64,000 nt of DNA from an uncultured delta proteobacterium (GCA_963760795.1 CAVXEP010000032.1:96001-160000), one strand, 5' to 3'. Shown: positions 20,803 to 31,367, counted from the first letter of the stretch. The notes: a model not told the origin generated them from the sequence alone. Translations and numbers: made by a program.

Positions 20803-21708
20803 ATGGATTTTAGCATTGTCATCGCTACTTATGACCGTTGGGAATTGCTTCGCGGTTTGCTGAGCTCAATTCGTGAGCATTTTGATACGGCGGGTGTCGA
20901 ATACGAAGTGATTGTGGCGGATAACTCGCGAAACGACGAAATCTCGAAAAAAATCGAGCAGGTCGTCGAGGTTTTCCGCAGCTCCGGACGCGCCGAGTTT
21001 CGCACGGTCGAAGAGCCTCTCGCAGGCAAGTGTCGCGCCCAGAATGCGGCCATCAAATTGGCGCGAGGCGAGATTATCGCTTTCTTTGACGATGATGTCG
21101 TCGTCACTCCCGAATGGTTGAATGTGGCGGCCTATTTCTTCAAACACGAAACCTTCGATGTCATGCAGGGCCCGATCCTTGTGCCGCCGGAGATCGAACA
21201 TGATGAAAATTTCGTCCGTGCTCAGAGGAAGTTCAGAACAATAAATTTTGTTAAATATCCATCGGGCCTTAAAGAGATTAAAACTCTCACCGGCGCCAAT
21301 ATGGCGGTGCGCCGGCAATTGTTTTCGAAAATCGGTGTATTCAATGAGGAACTTGGTCCTGGCAGGTCGGGTATATCCGAGGACGTTGAGTTCGCCAAGC
21401 GTGTCCTCAAAGCCGGGGGGCGGATCGGTTACGAGCACCGTGCCGCGGTCTATCACATCGTTGACTGGAGCAGGTTGACGGAGGAGTTTTTTCGCGATCG
21501 CCACGAACAACAAGGGAGGAGCCGGCTTATATATAAAAAGCAGTCTTTGGCATCAATCGTACCCAACTTGATGCGTTCTGTTTGGACATTGGCTTGGTAT
21601 TCGATGATTGGTGATGTCCGAAACAAATATCGTGCTAAGGGACGATATTTTCATTATCGCGCCATGCTCGCTGAGAAAACCAAAACCAGCAGTCGCGTCC
21701 AGGTTTGA
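20803..21708 (+). CDS. GT2 glycosyltransferase (paralog of 18968..19879)
   Basis: FSIVIATYDR, FFDDD, LTGANM and LGPGRSGISEDVE motifs. Confidence 0.87.
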   Translation: MDFSIVIATYDRWELLRGLLSSIREHFDTAGVEYEVIVADNSRNDEISKKIEQVVEVFRSSGRAEFRTVEEPLAGKCRAQNAAIKLARGEIIAFFDDDVVVTPEWLNVAAYFFKHETFDVMQGPILVPPEIEHDENFVRAQRKFRTINFVKYPSGLKEIKTLTGANMAVRRQLFSKIGVFNEELGPGRSGISEDVEFAKRVLKAGGRIGYEHRAAVYHIVDWSRLTEEFFRDRHEQQGRSRLIYKKQSLASIVPNLMRSVWTLAWYSMIGDVRNKYRAKGRYFHYRAMLAEKTKTSSRVQV

Positions 21709-22397
21709 GCCGTGACTCTGCTCAGAAGCGTCCTGCCGATCTCTTTGGCTTTTGGGACGCCGATTTTGCGTGCGGCGATATATGCCGCCCGTGTTGAAAG
21801 GGTTAGCGCTTTGAGACATTTGGCTTCGAAGGACGCTTTTCTCACCTTTCTAACGGCGGTGATGTTGTCGACGATGGTGATTTCTTGGAAACGATCCGAC
21901 CGAAAGACATTTTCCCAAAGCACGCGCTTGGGTCCATTTTTTCTAATCGTATCGTGCATCGCCAAAATTCCGCCTTCGACTAAATGCGGCTCCCACAATG
22001 AAAAGTCGAGCTTGGTCGGTTCGTACCGGTGGTCGCCGTCGATCCAAAGTAGGCGAATCGGCTTAGCCCAATGTTGCGCTGCCGCTTCCGAGGTCATGAC
22101 CATCGGGACAATCTGATTCTCGACACCCGCCTGTTTTATGTTCGCCAGGAACTCCGCTTCCGTGTCTTCCAGATACCCTTCTTCCGGCATTATCCGATGG
22201 GGATCGATTGCGTAGATTTTTTCCGCATGGACCTGTGCGGCGCCAAGCGCAAGGGCGACGGTGGATTTGCCTTTCCAGCTGCCGATTTCGACGATGACAC
22301 CTTTCTGGTCGTTGAATTGGCCTAGTCGATACAGGCAATCGACCTCATGCGCAGTCAGCATGCCGGGCAGTTTGTAAACACTCTCCAAGTTTATCAC
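21654..22397 (-). CDS. Class I SAM-dependent methyltransferase (Methyltransf_24-like)
   Basis: VEIGSWKGKST, LWIDGDHRYE and GGILAMHD motifs. Confidence 0.87.
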   Translation of the reverse strand: MINLESVYKLPGMLTAHEVDCLYRLGQFNDQKGVIVEIGSWKGKSTVALALGAAQVHAEKIYAIDPHRIMPEEGYLEDTEAEFLANIKQAGVENQIVPMVMTSEAAAQHWAKPIRLLWIDGDHRYEPTKLDFSLWEPHLVEGGILAMHDTIRKNGPKRVLWENVFRSDRFQEITIVDNITAVRKVRKASFEAKCLKALTLSTRAAYIAARKIGVPKAKEIGRTLLSRVTAQTWTRLLVLVFSASMAR

Positions 22398-22471
22398 TGC
22401 GATACTCCTGGGCCATTTATAGCAAACCTGGCAGCCATAATGAAGAGAGTTTGAGGCAAAGCCTGAGTCTC

Positions 22472-23263
22472 ATGGCCCGATCACCAGCCTTTACCACTTC
22501 GGCAATTGTGGTTTGCTTCAACGAAGAAGAGCGGATCGAGGATTGTCTAAAGAGTCTCGTTTGGTGCGATGAGATTGTCGTCGTCGATGCGTTCAGTAGC
22601 GATCGTACGCCGCAGATCTGCCAGCGCTATACCCAACGATTTGTTCAGCGAAAATGGGCCGGCTACAGAGATCAAAAGGCCTACGCCCATTCCTTGGCGA
22701 CCATGGATTGGGTGTTATTGGTTGACTCCGATGAACGGGTGACCGACGAGCTGCAAAAGGAGATTGCCGAGAGCTTGATCCAGGATAACGGCGATTATTC
22801 GGGTTATGCGATTCCTCGCTTAGTGCGCTATCTTGACCGCTGGTGGTGGCGCGGCGGCTGGTATCCGGATTATGACGTGCGCTTGTTCCGCCGCGACCGG
22901 GCGACCTGGGGTGGGCTCGATCCCCATGAGAAAATCATCGTTGATGGCAAGGTGCGCCGGCTGCGACAGCCGTTGCATCACTTCTCCTATCGCAGCATCG
23001 ATGACCATATTCAAAGAATCAATCGTTTTACCTCGATCTCGTCGGCGGAGCTGAGAAAATCCGGCGGCCGGTGGCGGCTGAGCGATGCTTTGCTGCGGCC
23101 TGCGGTGCGGTTTTTTCGTTTGTACATTTTGAAGCGCGGGTTCATGGAAGGGTTCGCTGGTTTCTATGTGGCGCTGACGGCGGCGGTTTACGTATTCTTG
23201 AAGTATGCTAAATTGTGGGAACTTGAAATCAAGGAGAAACGTGACGACGAGCGGCGGCAGTGA
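22472..23263 (+). CDS. GT2, KdtX/WaaE-like LPS glucosyltransferase
   Basis: NEEERI, DWVLLVDSDE, GGWYPDY..RLF, HE and FLKYAKLWE motifs. Confidence 0.88.
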   Translation: MARSPAFTTSAIVVCFNEEERIEDCLKSLVWCDEIVVVDAFSSDRTPQICQRYTQRFVQRKWAGYRDQKAYAHSLATMDWVLLVDSDERVTDELQKEIAESLIQDNGDYSGYAIPRLVRYLDRWWWRGGWYPDYDVRLFRRDRATWGGLDPHEKIIVDGKVRRLRQPLHHFSYRSIDDHIQRINRFTSISSAELRKSGGRWRLSDALLRPAVRFFRLYILKRGFMEGFAGFYVALTAAVYVFLKYAKLWELEIKEKRDDERRQ

Positions 23264-24356
23264 TGGCCGCAAGCTGCTGAAGATTCTGCACGTCGATCCG
23301 GAACGAAACTGGGGTGGCGGGGAGGCTCAAGTCTTCGGTCTGCTTTCTTACCTAGCGGCGCAGGGGCATCGTAACGATCTCTTGACTCATCCAGAAGGCC
23401 GCTTGTTCGCTGAAGCTGGCAAGTTAACGGTTGCCAGATTGCCATTGGTGGTTCGCAACGATTTGGATCTACGGGCGATCCCGAGGCTGCGGCGGCAGAT
23501 CGCTGCCGCCGGTTACGACGTGGTTCATCTCCACACCAAAAGAGCCCATGCGCTTTCGTTGTGGTTGCCGCGCGGCGGCCGGAGCCCGCAGTACCTCGTC
23601 ACCCGCCGGATGGATTATGCTGAGCGAAAAAATTGCTACACCCGCTGGCTTTATAACCGCCGTGTCGATGGCGTGGTGGCGATCTCGCAAACCATCGTCG
23701 AGCTGTTGGTCGATGCCGGGGTGGAGCGGCGCAAGATCCGGCTGATTCATAGCGGCATCGACCCCAGCCGGTTTGCCGCCGCGGCGTTGCCGCAGAATTC
23801 TCACACCGGGGTTGTGACCTTGGGGTGTCTCGCTGTTCTGGAAGAGCGCAAGGGGATCGAGTTCCTAATCGATGCGGCGGCGCGGTTGCAAGCTCAAGGA
23901 GTACTGCTTCATTGGCTGATCGGCGGGGACGGATCTCGACGCACAGCCTTGGAAAGTAAAGCGCACGCGCTTGGACTCGCCGAACGGGTAGAGTTCTTAG
24001 GCTTCGTTTCCAAGCCTGAGGTTTTTCTTCAGGATATCGATATTTTTGTCATGCCTTCTTTGTTCGAAGGCTTGGGTGTGGCGGCATTGGAAGCGATGGC
24101 TGCCGGCAAACCGATTGTTGCCACCAGAGTCGGCGGTTTGGCGGAGTCGGTGCAGGACGGACAGACGGGAATATTAGTCGCACCGCGCGACGGCAAGGCG
24201 ATCGCTGACGCCGTCGCCCGACTGATTAACGATCCGCCACTGGCGCAACGGATGGGACTGCAGGGACGGCAGCGGGCGCTCGAACACTTCACACTGGCGC
24301 AAATGGCGGCGCAGAACGAAGCGTATTACTACGAGTTATTAGGGACGGGAAATTAG
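23241..24356 (+). CDS. GT4 glycosyltransferase
   Basis: WGGGEAQ, RKG and EGLGVAALEAMAAGKP motifs; AAGGAG RBS before GTG. Confidence 0.88.
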   Translation: MTTSGGSDGRKLLKILHVDPERNWGGGEAQVFGLLSYLAAQGHRNDLLTHPEGRLFAEAGKLTVARLPLVVRNDLDLRAIPRLRRQIAAAGYDVVHLHTKRAHALSLWLPRGGRSPQYLVTRRMDYAERKNCYTRWLYNRRVDGVVAISQTIVELLVDAGVERRKIRLIHSGIDPSRFAAAALPQNSHTGVVTLGCLAVLEERKGIEFLIDAAARLQAQGVLLHWLIGGDGSRRTALESKAHALGLAERVEFLGFVSKPEVFLQDIDIFVMPSLFEGLGVAALEAMAAGKPIVATRVGGLAESVQDGQTGILVAPRDGKAIADAVARLINDPPLAQRMGLQGRQRALEHFTLAQMAAQNEAYYYELLGTGN

Positions 24357-24378
24357 CGGCAGTTTCCACTTTGTTTCG

Positions 24379-25363
24379 ATGACCAACCTTCTCGAGATTC
24401 TCGCAAGATTCAAAGGCGCGCACTTGTTGGTGGTGGGCGATCTGATGCTCGACCGCTTTGTTCTGGGCGATGTCGAACGATTGTCTCCGGAAGCGCCGGT
24501 GCCGGTGCTGCGGGTGGTATCTGAGGACCGGCGTCTCGGTGGCGCCGCGAACGTCGTCCATAACATTCGCTCACTTGGCGGCCGGGTAACCGCCTGCGGC
24601 ATTGTTGGCAATGACGACGCCGGTAAACGTATTCTCGGCATCCTGCGAGCACATCGGCGCCTCGACGGCTGGGGTCTTGACCGATCGCAAGTTTCAAACC
24701 ATTCAGAAGAGCCGAATTATCGCCAGCCCGCACCATCAACAGATTGTCCGGCTGGACCGGGAGAGCCGCGCTCCGATTCACGCTGCGACGTTGAAACGGC
24801 TGCGCGAGTTTATTCTCGATCGCGCCGCGCGTTGCGACGGCGTCTTGATCTCGGACTATGGGAAAGGGGTGGTGCACGCTGAGCTATTGGCGGCGCTCGC
24901 CGCTCGCATTGGTAAACGGAAAATTCTCTACGTGGTCGATCCCAAGAAGGAAAATTTTGCCCACTATCGTTACCCGACACTGATTACGCCCAATAAAATC
25001 GAAGCGGCAGATGCCGCGGCGATCGACATTCGCGATGACCGGACGTTGCTCGCCGCCGGGGCAAAATTACTGCGCCAATGGCGCGCCCAGGGCGTGCTGA
25101 TTACCCGCGGTGCGGAGGGCATGAGTTTGTTTCGGCCGCGCTGCCAGCCGCGGCATTTTCCCACCGCGCCGCGCGAGGTTTTCGAGGTGACCGGCGCCGG
25201 CGATACGGTGGTGGCGGTGTGCGGGTTGGTGCTGGCCTGCGGCGGCGACTTTGACGCCGCCGCGGTGATTGCCAATATGGCCGCCGGGTTTGTCGGTGAC
25301 GAGATCGGCACCGTGGCAGTGCCCTTCAAAAAGCTTAAACTGAAGATTGAGGAACTCTTATGA
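24379..25363 (+). CDS. rfaE1: D-glycero-beta-D-manno-heptose-7-phosphate kinase (apparent +1 frameshift near 24640)
   Basis: VGDLMLD...RLSPEAPVPV and GGAANV in the first frame; SDYGKG, DPK, ITPN and VTGAGDT in the +1 frame. Confidence 0.88.
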
Positions 25364-26220
25364 AAAGTATGACTGGATATGGCGAGGCGTCGCAGAATAT
25401 TCACGGCGCTCGAATCACCGTGCAGATTCGTAGCGTCAATCACCGCCACCTCGACCTGCAAGTGCGAACGCCGCGGGAGTATATGTCTTTCGAGGAAGAA
25501 ATCCGCAAGCTCCTACGCGAAAAGATTTCCCGCGGCCGCATCGATTTGTTCGTCAACCGCTATGTCGCCAAAGGGCAATCGCGCAAGCTCGAGATGGATG
25601 AGGCTTTGATCGGTCAATTCCTTTCCGGGGTCGCGCAGCTCAAGAAGAAATACAAACTTGGCGGCGAAGTCGATGTTGCGTTGGTTTCCAACATTCCCGA
25701 TGTCTTCCATGTGCGCGAGGTTGAGATCGACAGCAAGGGCGAACGCCAGGCGGTGCTCAAGGCGCTCAACGGGGCGCTCAAGAAGCTCGAACAGTCGCGC
25801 GAGCGTGAGGGGACGCATTTGCGCGCCGATATGGAGTCACAGATCGGCCATCTGCGGGAAATCGCCGGGGCGTTGGAAGCGCGTTCACTTGAGATCGGCG
25901 CACGTCAGTCCAAGGGCGGCTGGCCGGACGGACAGAATGGCGAGAGGGCGGAGCGAAATGGCCCGGAGCTTTCCACCGCCCTAGCGAAAGGTGACATCAA
26001 CGAGGAGTTGGTTCGTTTAAAAACCCATGTCGTAGGGTTGGCCAAAGTCGTGCGCGAACGTGAACCAGTGGGCAAAAAGGTCGACTTCATGCTCCAGGAG
26101 GTCAATCGCGAACTCAACACCATCACCTCCAAGGTACCCTATTTGCCGGTGACCCAGCTCATACTTCAAGGCAAGGAGCGGGTCGAGAAAATTCGTGAGC
26201 AAACTCAGAACATCGAATGA
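25360..26220 (+). CDS. yicC: YicC/YloC family endoribonuclease
   Basis: MKSMTGYG, RSVNHR, DINEELVRL, GKKVDF..QE.NRE.NT and EKIREQ.QNIE motifs. Confidence 0.93.
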   Translation: MKSMTGYGEASQNIHGARITVQIRSVNHRHLDLQVRTPREYMSFEEEIRKLLREKISRGRIDLFVNRYVAKGQSRKLEMDEALIGQFLSGVAQLKKKYKLGGEVDVALVSNIPDVFHVREVEIDSKGERQAVLKALNGALKKLEQSREREGTHLRADMESQIGHLREIAGALEARSLEIGARQSKGGWPDGQNGERAERNGPELSTALAKGDINEELVRLKTHVVGLAKVVREREPVGKKVDFMLQEVNRELNTITSKVPYLPVTQLILQGKERVEKIREQTQNIE

Positions 26221-26900
26221 AACAGCGCGTACCTCAACTGGCTAAACGGCAGGGGATCATATTTATTCTTTCGGCGCCATCGGGAGCCGGCAAGACGACC
26301 CTCTATAACGGTCTGCGGAAAAGTTATCCGGATATCCAACTGTCGGTGTCCTGTACAACGCGCGGGCGACGCCGCGGTGAGGTGCCGGGACGAGACTATC
26401 GTTTCCTGAGCGAGGCTCGATTCGAGGCTTTGAAAAACCGCGGTGAGTTTGCCGAATGGGCTCAGGTGCATGACTATCGCTATGGCACACCACGAAAGCC
26501 CATCGACCGGGCGGTTATGGCCGGCCGCGACATTCTGCTCGATATCGATGTCCAAGGGGCGCGAAAGATCAAAATTGCCTACCCAGCGGCGGTGGCGGTG
26601 TTCGTGTTACCCCCCTCCCTGGCCGAATTAGCGCGCCGCTTGTCTATGCGCGGCACCGAGGACCGCCAAGTGATCCAGCGCCGCCTGGCCAATGCTAGAG
26701 GTGAAATCCAGCAGAGAATCCACTATGATTACTTTGTCGTCAATCACGATGTTGAGCAGGCGGTGCGCGTGCTTAGCGGGATCGTCGAAGCCGAACGAGC
26801 TAAAGTATCCAGGGTAACCGAGTGGCGCGTCGAACCGCTTCGCGCCATGCGCGGCGCGAGCAGCCATGAGCAAAGAAATCAAACTTCACGACCTGGTTGA
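26217..26900 (+). CDS. gmk: Guanylate kinase
   Basis: SAPSGAGKTT, SCTTR, YGT, DIDVQGA and PPS motifs. Confidence 0.95.
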   Translation: MKQRVPQLAKRQGIIFILSAPSGAGKTTLYNGLRKSYPDIQLSVSCTTRGRRRGEVPGRDYRFLSEARFEALKNRGEFAEWAQVHDYRYGTPRKPIDRAVMAGRDILLDIDVQGARKIKIAYPAAVAVFVLPPSLAELARRLSMRGTEDRQVIQRRLANARGEIQQRIHYDYFVVNHDVEQAVRVLSGIVEAERAKVSRVTEWRVEPLRAMRGASSHEQRNQTSRPG

Positions 26901-29079
26901 AAAGGTCCAGGCTTACTTTCCAACCGCGGATATCGATCTCATCCGCAAAGCCCACGATTTCTCGGCCAAAGTCCACACCGGTCAAAAACGTTTGTCCGGC
27001 GAGCCTTATCTGATTCACCCCATAGCGGTTGCCGATATCATCGCCGATTTGAAGCTCGACGTGCCGAGCATCGTCGGAGCTTTGCTCCACGACACGGTCG
27101 AAGACACTCTGACGACATTGGATGAGATCAAGAGTTTGTTCGGCCGTGAGGTCGCCGAGCTGGTCGACGGCGTCACCAAGTTGAGCCGCACCAATTATAC
27201 CAGCCATGAGGAGAAGCAGGCGGAAAATTTTCGCAAGATGATTCTCGCCATGGGCAAGGATGTGCGGGTGATTCTCATCAAGCTCGCCGACCGGGTGCAC
27301 AACATGCGCACGCTCGATCATATGCCGGCCGACAAACAAATTCTCACGGCGCAGGAGACCATGGATATTTACGCGCCGCTGTCGCACCGCTTGGGCATCG
27401 CCTGGGTTAAAAGTGAGCTGGAAGACCTGGCGCTCAAGTATCTCCACCCGGAAGTTTACTATCAGCTCAAACGTAACGTCGCCAAGAAAAAAACCGACCG
27501 GGAAAAGTATATCGAAGAAGTGATCTCGATCATCGGCAAGAAGCTGGAAGCCGAAGGGATCGACGCTGAAGTGACCGGACGGCCCAAGCATTTTTACAGC
27601 ATCTATCAAAAGATGGAGAGCCAGAATCTGCTTTACGATCAGATTTACGATCTGGTCGCTTTTCGTATTTTGGTCGACACGCCGCGGGAATGTTATGAAA
27701 CCTTGGGCGTGGTCCATGCGCAGTGGAAACCGGTGCCGACGCGCTTCAAAGATTACATCGCTCTACCCAAGCCCAACATGTATCAGTCGCTCCACACCAC
27801 GGTGATCGGTCCCTACGGTGAGCGCATCGAGATCCAGATCCGCTCCCATGAGATGCACCGGGTCGCCGAGGAAGGCATCGCGGCGCATTGGCGCTACAAG
27901 GAAGGCGAGGCGTTCCAGGTGAGCGATATCCAGCGCTTCTCCTGGCTGCGCCAATTGCTCGAGTGGCAGGAGAACCTGCAGGACCCGCAGGAATTTCTCC
28001 ATAGTCTCAAAGAAGATCTCTTTGCTGCCGGCATGTATGTGTTCACGCCCAAGGGCGATCTATTACACTTTCTGCGCGGCTCCACCGTAGTCGATTTTGC
28101 CTACCGGATTCACACAGAGGTCGGCAACCGCTGTTCCGGTGCCCGCGTCAACGGCCAACTGGTATCGCTGAAATATATACTCCGCAGCGGCGACACGGTG
28201 GAAATCATCACCACACCGCAGCAAGTGCCGAGCCGCGATTGGCTCAAGTGGGTGAAGACGCCGCGGGCGAAATCGAAAATCCGTAATTGGCTCAAGACCC
28301 AGCAGTACGAACGCAGCGTGGTGCTGGGACGTGAGATCTTCGATAGCGACCTGCATCGCTATCGGTTGGACTACGCGCAGCTCAAACGGGAAGGCAAGAT
28401 CGACTGGTTGAGCCATGAGCTCGGCTTGAAGGATGAAGAAGCGTTGCTATCGTCCATCGGATATGGCCGGATCACCACGCGCCACGCCATCGTCAAACTG
28501 GTGCCGCCTGATAAACTGGACAGCGGCAGCAAAAAGGCCGGCGGCGCGCTGGAGTCGTTGTTCAAGCTCGTATCCAAGCAAAAGCGTAGCCTGGGGATTC
28601 GCGTCAAAGGCGTCGACGACGTACTGGTGCGATTCGCGCTTTGTTGTCATCCGTTGCCCGGCGAACATATCGTCGGATTTATTACCCGTGGGCGGGGTGT
28701 GACGATCCATACCGTCGGTTGCACGACTGTGTTGGAAAGCGATCCTCATCGCAAGATCGAAGTCGCCTGGGAGGAAAGCGGACAGCCGCCGCGGCCAGTC
28801 AAGATCGAAGTGACCTGCGTCGATCAACCCGGCTTGCTGGCGGCGATCAGTACGGCAATCACCAGCGCCGATGCCAATATCGCCCGCGCCCAGGTCAGGA
28901 CATTCACTAGCCAGCGGGCGGTCAACACCTTCGAGGTGATGATCAAGAGTTCGGAACACTTGAAGGAAGTGCTCCTGAATATTTCAAAAGTAAAAGGTGT
29001 TTACAAAGCGGTGCGCGGGCGTGGCCGGGCCGGCAGTGATATCGAGTCCGATGGCACGGTCAAGGAGGAGTTGCACTGA
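26866..29079 (+). CDS. spoT: Bifunctional (p)ppGpp synthetase/hydrolase
   Basis: HD domain (GEPYLIHP, LLHDTVED), synthetase RFKDYIA.PK.N.YQSLHT, and TGS and ACT domains. Confidence 0.93.
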   Translation: MSKEIKLHDLVEKVQAYFPTADIDLIRKAHDFSAKVHTGQKRLSGEPYLIHPIAVADIIADLKLDVPSIVGALLHDTVEDTLTTLDEIKSLFGREVAELVDGVTKLSRTNYTSHEEKQAENFRKMILAMGKDVRVILIKLADRVHNMRTLDHMPADKQILTAQETMDIYAPLSHRLGIAWVKSELEDLALKYLHPEVYYQLKRNVAKKKTDREKYIEEVISIIGKKLEAEGIDAEVTGRPKHFYSIYQKMESQNLLYDQIYDLVAFRILVDTPRECYETLGVVHAQWKPVPTRFKDYIALPKPNMYQSLHTTVIGPYGERIEIQIRSHEMHRVAEEGIAAHWRYKEGEAFQVSDIQRFSWLRQLLEWQENLQDPQEFLHSLKEDLFAAGMYVFTPKGDLLHFLRGSTVVDFAYRIHTEVGNRCSGARVNGQLVSLKYILRSGDTVEIITTPQQVPSRDWLKWVKTPRAKSKIRNWLKTQQYERSVVLGREIFDSDLHRYRLDYAQLKREGKIDWLSHELGLKDEEALLSSIGYGRITTRHAIVKLVPPDKLDSGSKKAGGALESLFKLVSKQKRSLGIRVKGVDDVLVRFALCCHPLPGEHIVGFITRGRGVTIHTVGCTTVLESDPHRKIEVAWEESGQPPRPVKIEVTCVDQPGLLAAISTAITSADANIARAQVRTFTSQRAVNTFEVMIKSSEHLKEVLLNISKVKGVYKAVRGRGRAGSDIESDGTVKEELH

Positions 29080-29089
29080 AGACGAGTCG

Positions 29090-29281
29090 CTAGGCGACCT
29101 TCTGGACGCGGCCCGAATGGATGCAATCGGTGCATACCAGCAAGCGTTTGACTTGGTCGCCGAACTTACCCCGAACGGTTTTTAGGTTCGCCCCCCACGA
29201 GCGTTTGGTCTTGTTGTTGGCGTGACTGACGTTCATTCCGACCGAGCGGCCTTTGCCGCAAATTTTACAAATTCTAGCCAT
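29090..29281 (-). CDS. rpmB: 50S ribosomal protein L28
   Basis: [10 protein letters not shown]...[10 protein letters not shown]...NL...VCTDC. Confidence 0.95.
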   Translation of the reverse strand: MARICKICGKGRSVGMNVSHANNKTKRSWGANLKTVRGKFGDQVKRLLVCTDCIHSGRVQKVA

Positions 29282-29753
29282 CTAAATTTCTTATCCTTTC
29301 AATTATCTCGGTTGTCGAAAATCCTTTTAAGTACGGTATCAGCGCGACGCGGCCGCCGGCCGCTTCGACGATATCGGCACCGATAATTTTATCGCTGCTC
29401 CAATCGCCGCCTTTGGCCAAAACTTGCGGCTTGATCGCCGCGATCAGCTGGTACGGATCTGGGTCGTCAAAAAGGATGACGTAGTCTACCATCTCCATGG
29501 CGGCGATCAACTCCACACGGTCGGTTTCCGGTAAAATCGGTCGTTGCGCCGACTTGATTGATTTAACCGATCGATCACTGTTGAGCGCGACGATGAGCAA
29601 ATCGCCGGCGGCTTTGGCTTGGCGCAGGGTGTGCACATGGCCGCGGTGCAGCAGATCGAAGCAGCCGTTGGTGAAAACCACCGTTTGACCTTTGGCGCGC
29701 GCCGCCGCCGCGATCGCCGCCAATTCGCCCAAGCTTTTTAATTTTTCCGGCAC
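29274..29753 (-). CDS. rfaE2: Heptose 1-phosphate adenylyltransferase
   Basis: [25 protein letters not shown] and STT motifs. Confidence 0.93.
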   Translation of the reverse strand: MPEKLKSLGELAAIAAAARAKGQTVVFTNGCFDLLHRGHVHTLRQAKAAGDLLIVALNSDRSVKSIKSAQRPILPETDRVELIAAMEMVDYVILFDDPDPYQLIAAIKPQVLAKGGDWSSDKIIGADIVEAAGGRVALIPYLKGFSTTEIIERIRNLDG

Positions 29754-29821
29754 AGTCTTGGGGTAACATGATAAGTCATTGTTTTCAATTAAATTTCGCC
29801 GCGGCAGTGGACAGCGGCGTC

Positions 29822-29850
29822 TTGAATCGACGGGGGAATTTAGCTAAGGT
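29822..29850 (+). promoter_or_regulatory. Putative sigma-70 promoter of the UbiD-family gene
   Basis: TTGAAT-N17-TAAGGT about 60 bp upstream of AGGAGG and ATG. Confidence 0.45.
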
Positions 29851-29911
29851 CGTCGCAAGTTGGCTTCGGCCAAGTTAATGCTTCGGTGTCGAATTTAATT
29901 AGGAGGAAATA

Positions 29912-31348
29912 ATGGAATATCAGGATCTGCGAGACTGGATTCAGATCGCCGATGAAATGGGTGAACTCAAGACCCTCAAGGGTTGCGATTGGAATCTAGA
30001 AATCGGCGCGATTACTGAAATCGTCGCGCATAAAGAAGATGGACCTGCTGTCCTGTTCGAAGACATCATAGGCTATCCCAAGGGTTATCGGGTGCTATCC
30101 AATTCGTTGTCGTCGCGCAAACGTCTCGCCCTGACCCTAGGCCTGCCGGCCGGCGATACCAAGATGGATTTCGTCAAGATCTGGAAAGAGAACTACAAGA
30201 AGGTCAAACCGATCCCGCCCAAATTCGTCAAGAAGAGCGGGCTGTTCGACAATGTCTATCGCGACGGCGAGATCGACATGTTCAAGTTCCCGACGCCCAA
30301 GTGGCATGACAAAGACGGCGGCCGCTACATCGGCACCGGCAGCGTTGATATCACCCGCGATCCGGACGAGGGATGGGTCAACTACGGCACCTACCGCGTC
30401 ATGATTCATGACAAGGACAAGGTCGGATTTTACATTTCTCCCGGCAAGCATGGGCGCATTCAACGGGAAAAATATCAGGCCAGCGGCGCGCCCTTCAAAA
30501 TCGCGATGTCCTTCGGCCATGACCCGTTGACCTTCTTGGCCGGTAGCATCGAAGTGCCCTACGGCGTGCCGGAATACGAATTTATCGGCGGCATCCGCGG
30601 CGAACCTTTTGAAATGATCGAAGGCGAGTACTCCGGCTTGCCGATCCCAGCCAACTCCGAAATCGTCATCGAGGGCGACGTGCATTTCGACCAACCGAAG
30701 GTCGAAGGTCCCTTCGGCGAGTGGACCGGTTATTATGCCAGCGCCGAACGCGCCGAGCCCTGGGTCGAAGTGAAACGTTTGTATCATCGCAACGATCCGA
30801 TCATTCTCGGCTCCCCTCCGGGCCGTCCGCCCGCGGAATTGGGTTGGTACCGTTCCTATCTCCGTTCCGCATTGATCTGGGATGAGATGGAAAAAGCCGG
30901 CGTCCCTGACGTTAAAGGCGTATGGCTGACGGTCTCCGGCGGCAGCCGCTTGATGATGTGTGTATCGATCAAGCAGCGCTACCCTGGGCATGCCAAGCAG
31001 GCCGCAGTGATCGCCTCGCAATGTCACGCCGGTGCTTATCTCGGCCGTTTCGTGATCGTCGTCGACGATGACATCGATCCATCGAATACCGACGACATGA
31101 TCTGGGCGATGTCGAGCCGGTGCGAACCCGAGGCGGATATCGACATCCTGCGCCGTTGCTGGAGCGGACCGCTCGATCCGGTTATTCATCCGACCAAAAA
31201 GGGTTTCAACTCGCGGGCGATCATCGACGCCACCCGGCCCTATGAGTGGATTAAGGACTTTCCACCGGTCGCCGAGTCGCCCCGGGAAGTGCTCGACGCC
31301 ACCGCGAAAAAGTGGGGCGCCGAACTGTTCGGTAACGGCAAGAAGTAA
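29912..31348 (+). CDS. UbiD-family (prFMN) decarboxylase
   Basis: DGGRYIGT, NYGTYR, EGPFGEWTGYY, VVDDDIDP and IIDATRP motifs. Confidence 0.92.
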   Translation: MEYQDLRDWIQIADEMGELKTLKGCDWNLEIGAITEIVAHKEDGPAVLFEDIIGYPKGYRVLSNSLSSRKRLALTLGLPAGDTKMDFVKIWKENYKKVKPIPPKFVKKSGLFDNVYRDGEIDMFKFPTPKWHDKDGGRYIGTGSVDITRDPDEGWVNYGTYRVMIHDKDKVGFYISPGKHGRIQREKYQASGAPFKIAMSFGHDPLTFLAGSIEVPYGVPEYEFIGGIRGEPFEMIEGEYSGLPIPANSEIVIEGDVHFDQPKVEGPFGEWTGYYASAERAEPWVEVKRLYHRNDPIILGSPPGRPPAELGWYRSYLRSALIWDEMEKAGVPDVKGVWLTVSGGSRLMMCVSIKQRYPGHAKQAAVIASQCHAGAYLGRFVIVVDDDIDPSNTDDMIWAMSSRCEPEADIDILRRCWSGPLDPVIHPTKKGFNSRAIIDATRPYEWIKDFPPVAESPREVLDATAKKWGAELFGNGKK

Positions 31349-31367
31349 AATAAGTTTCTTTACCGTG

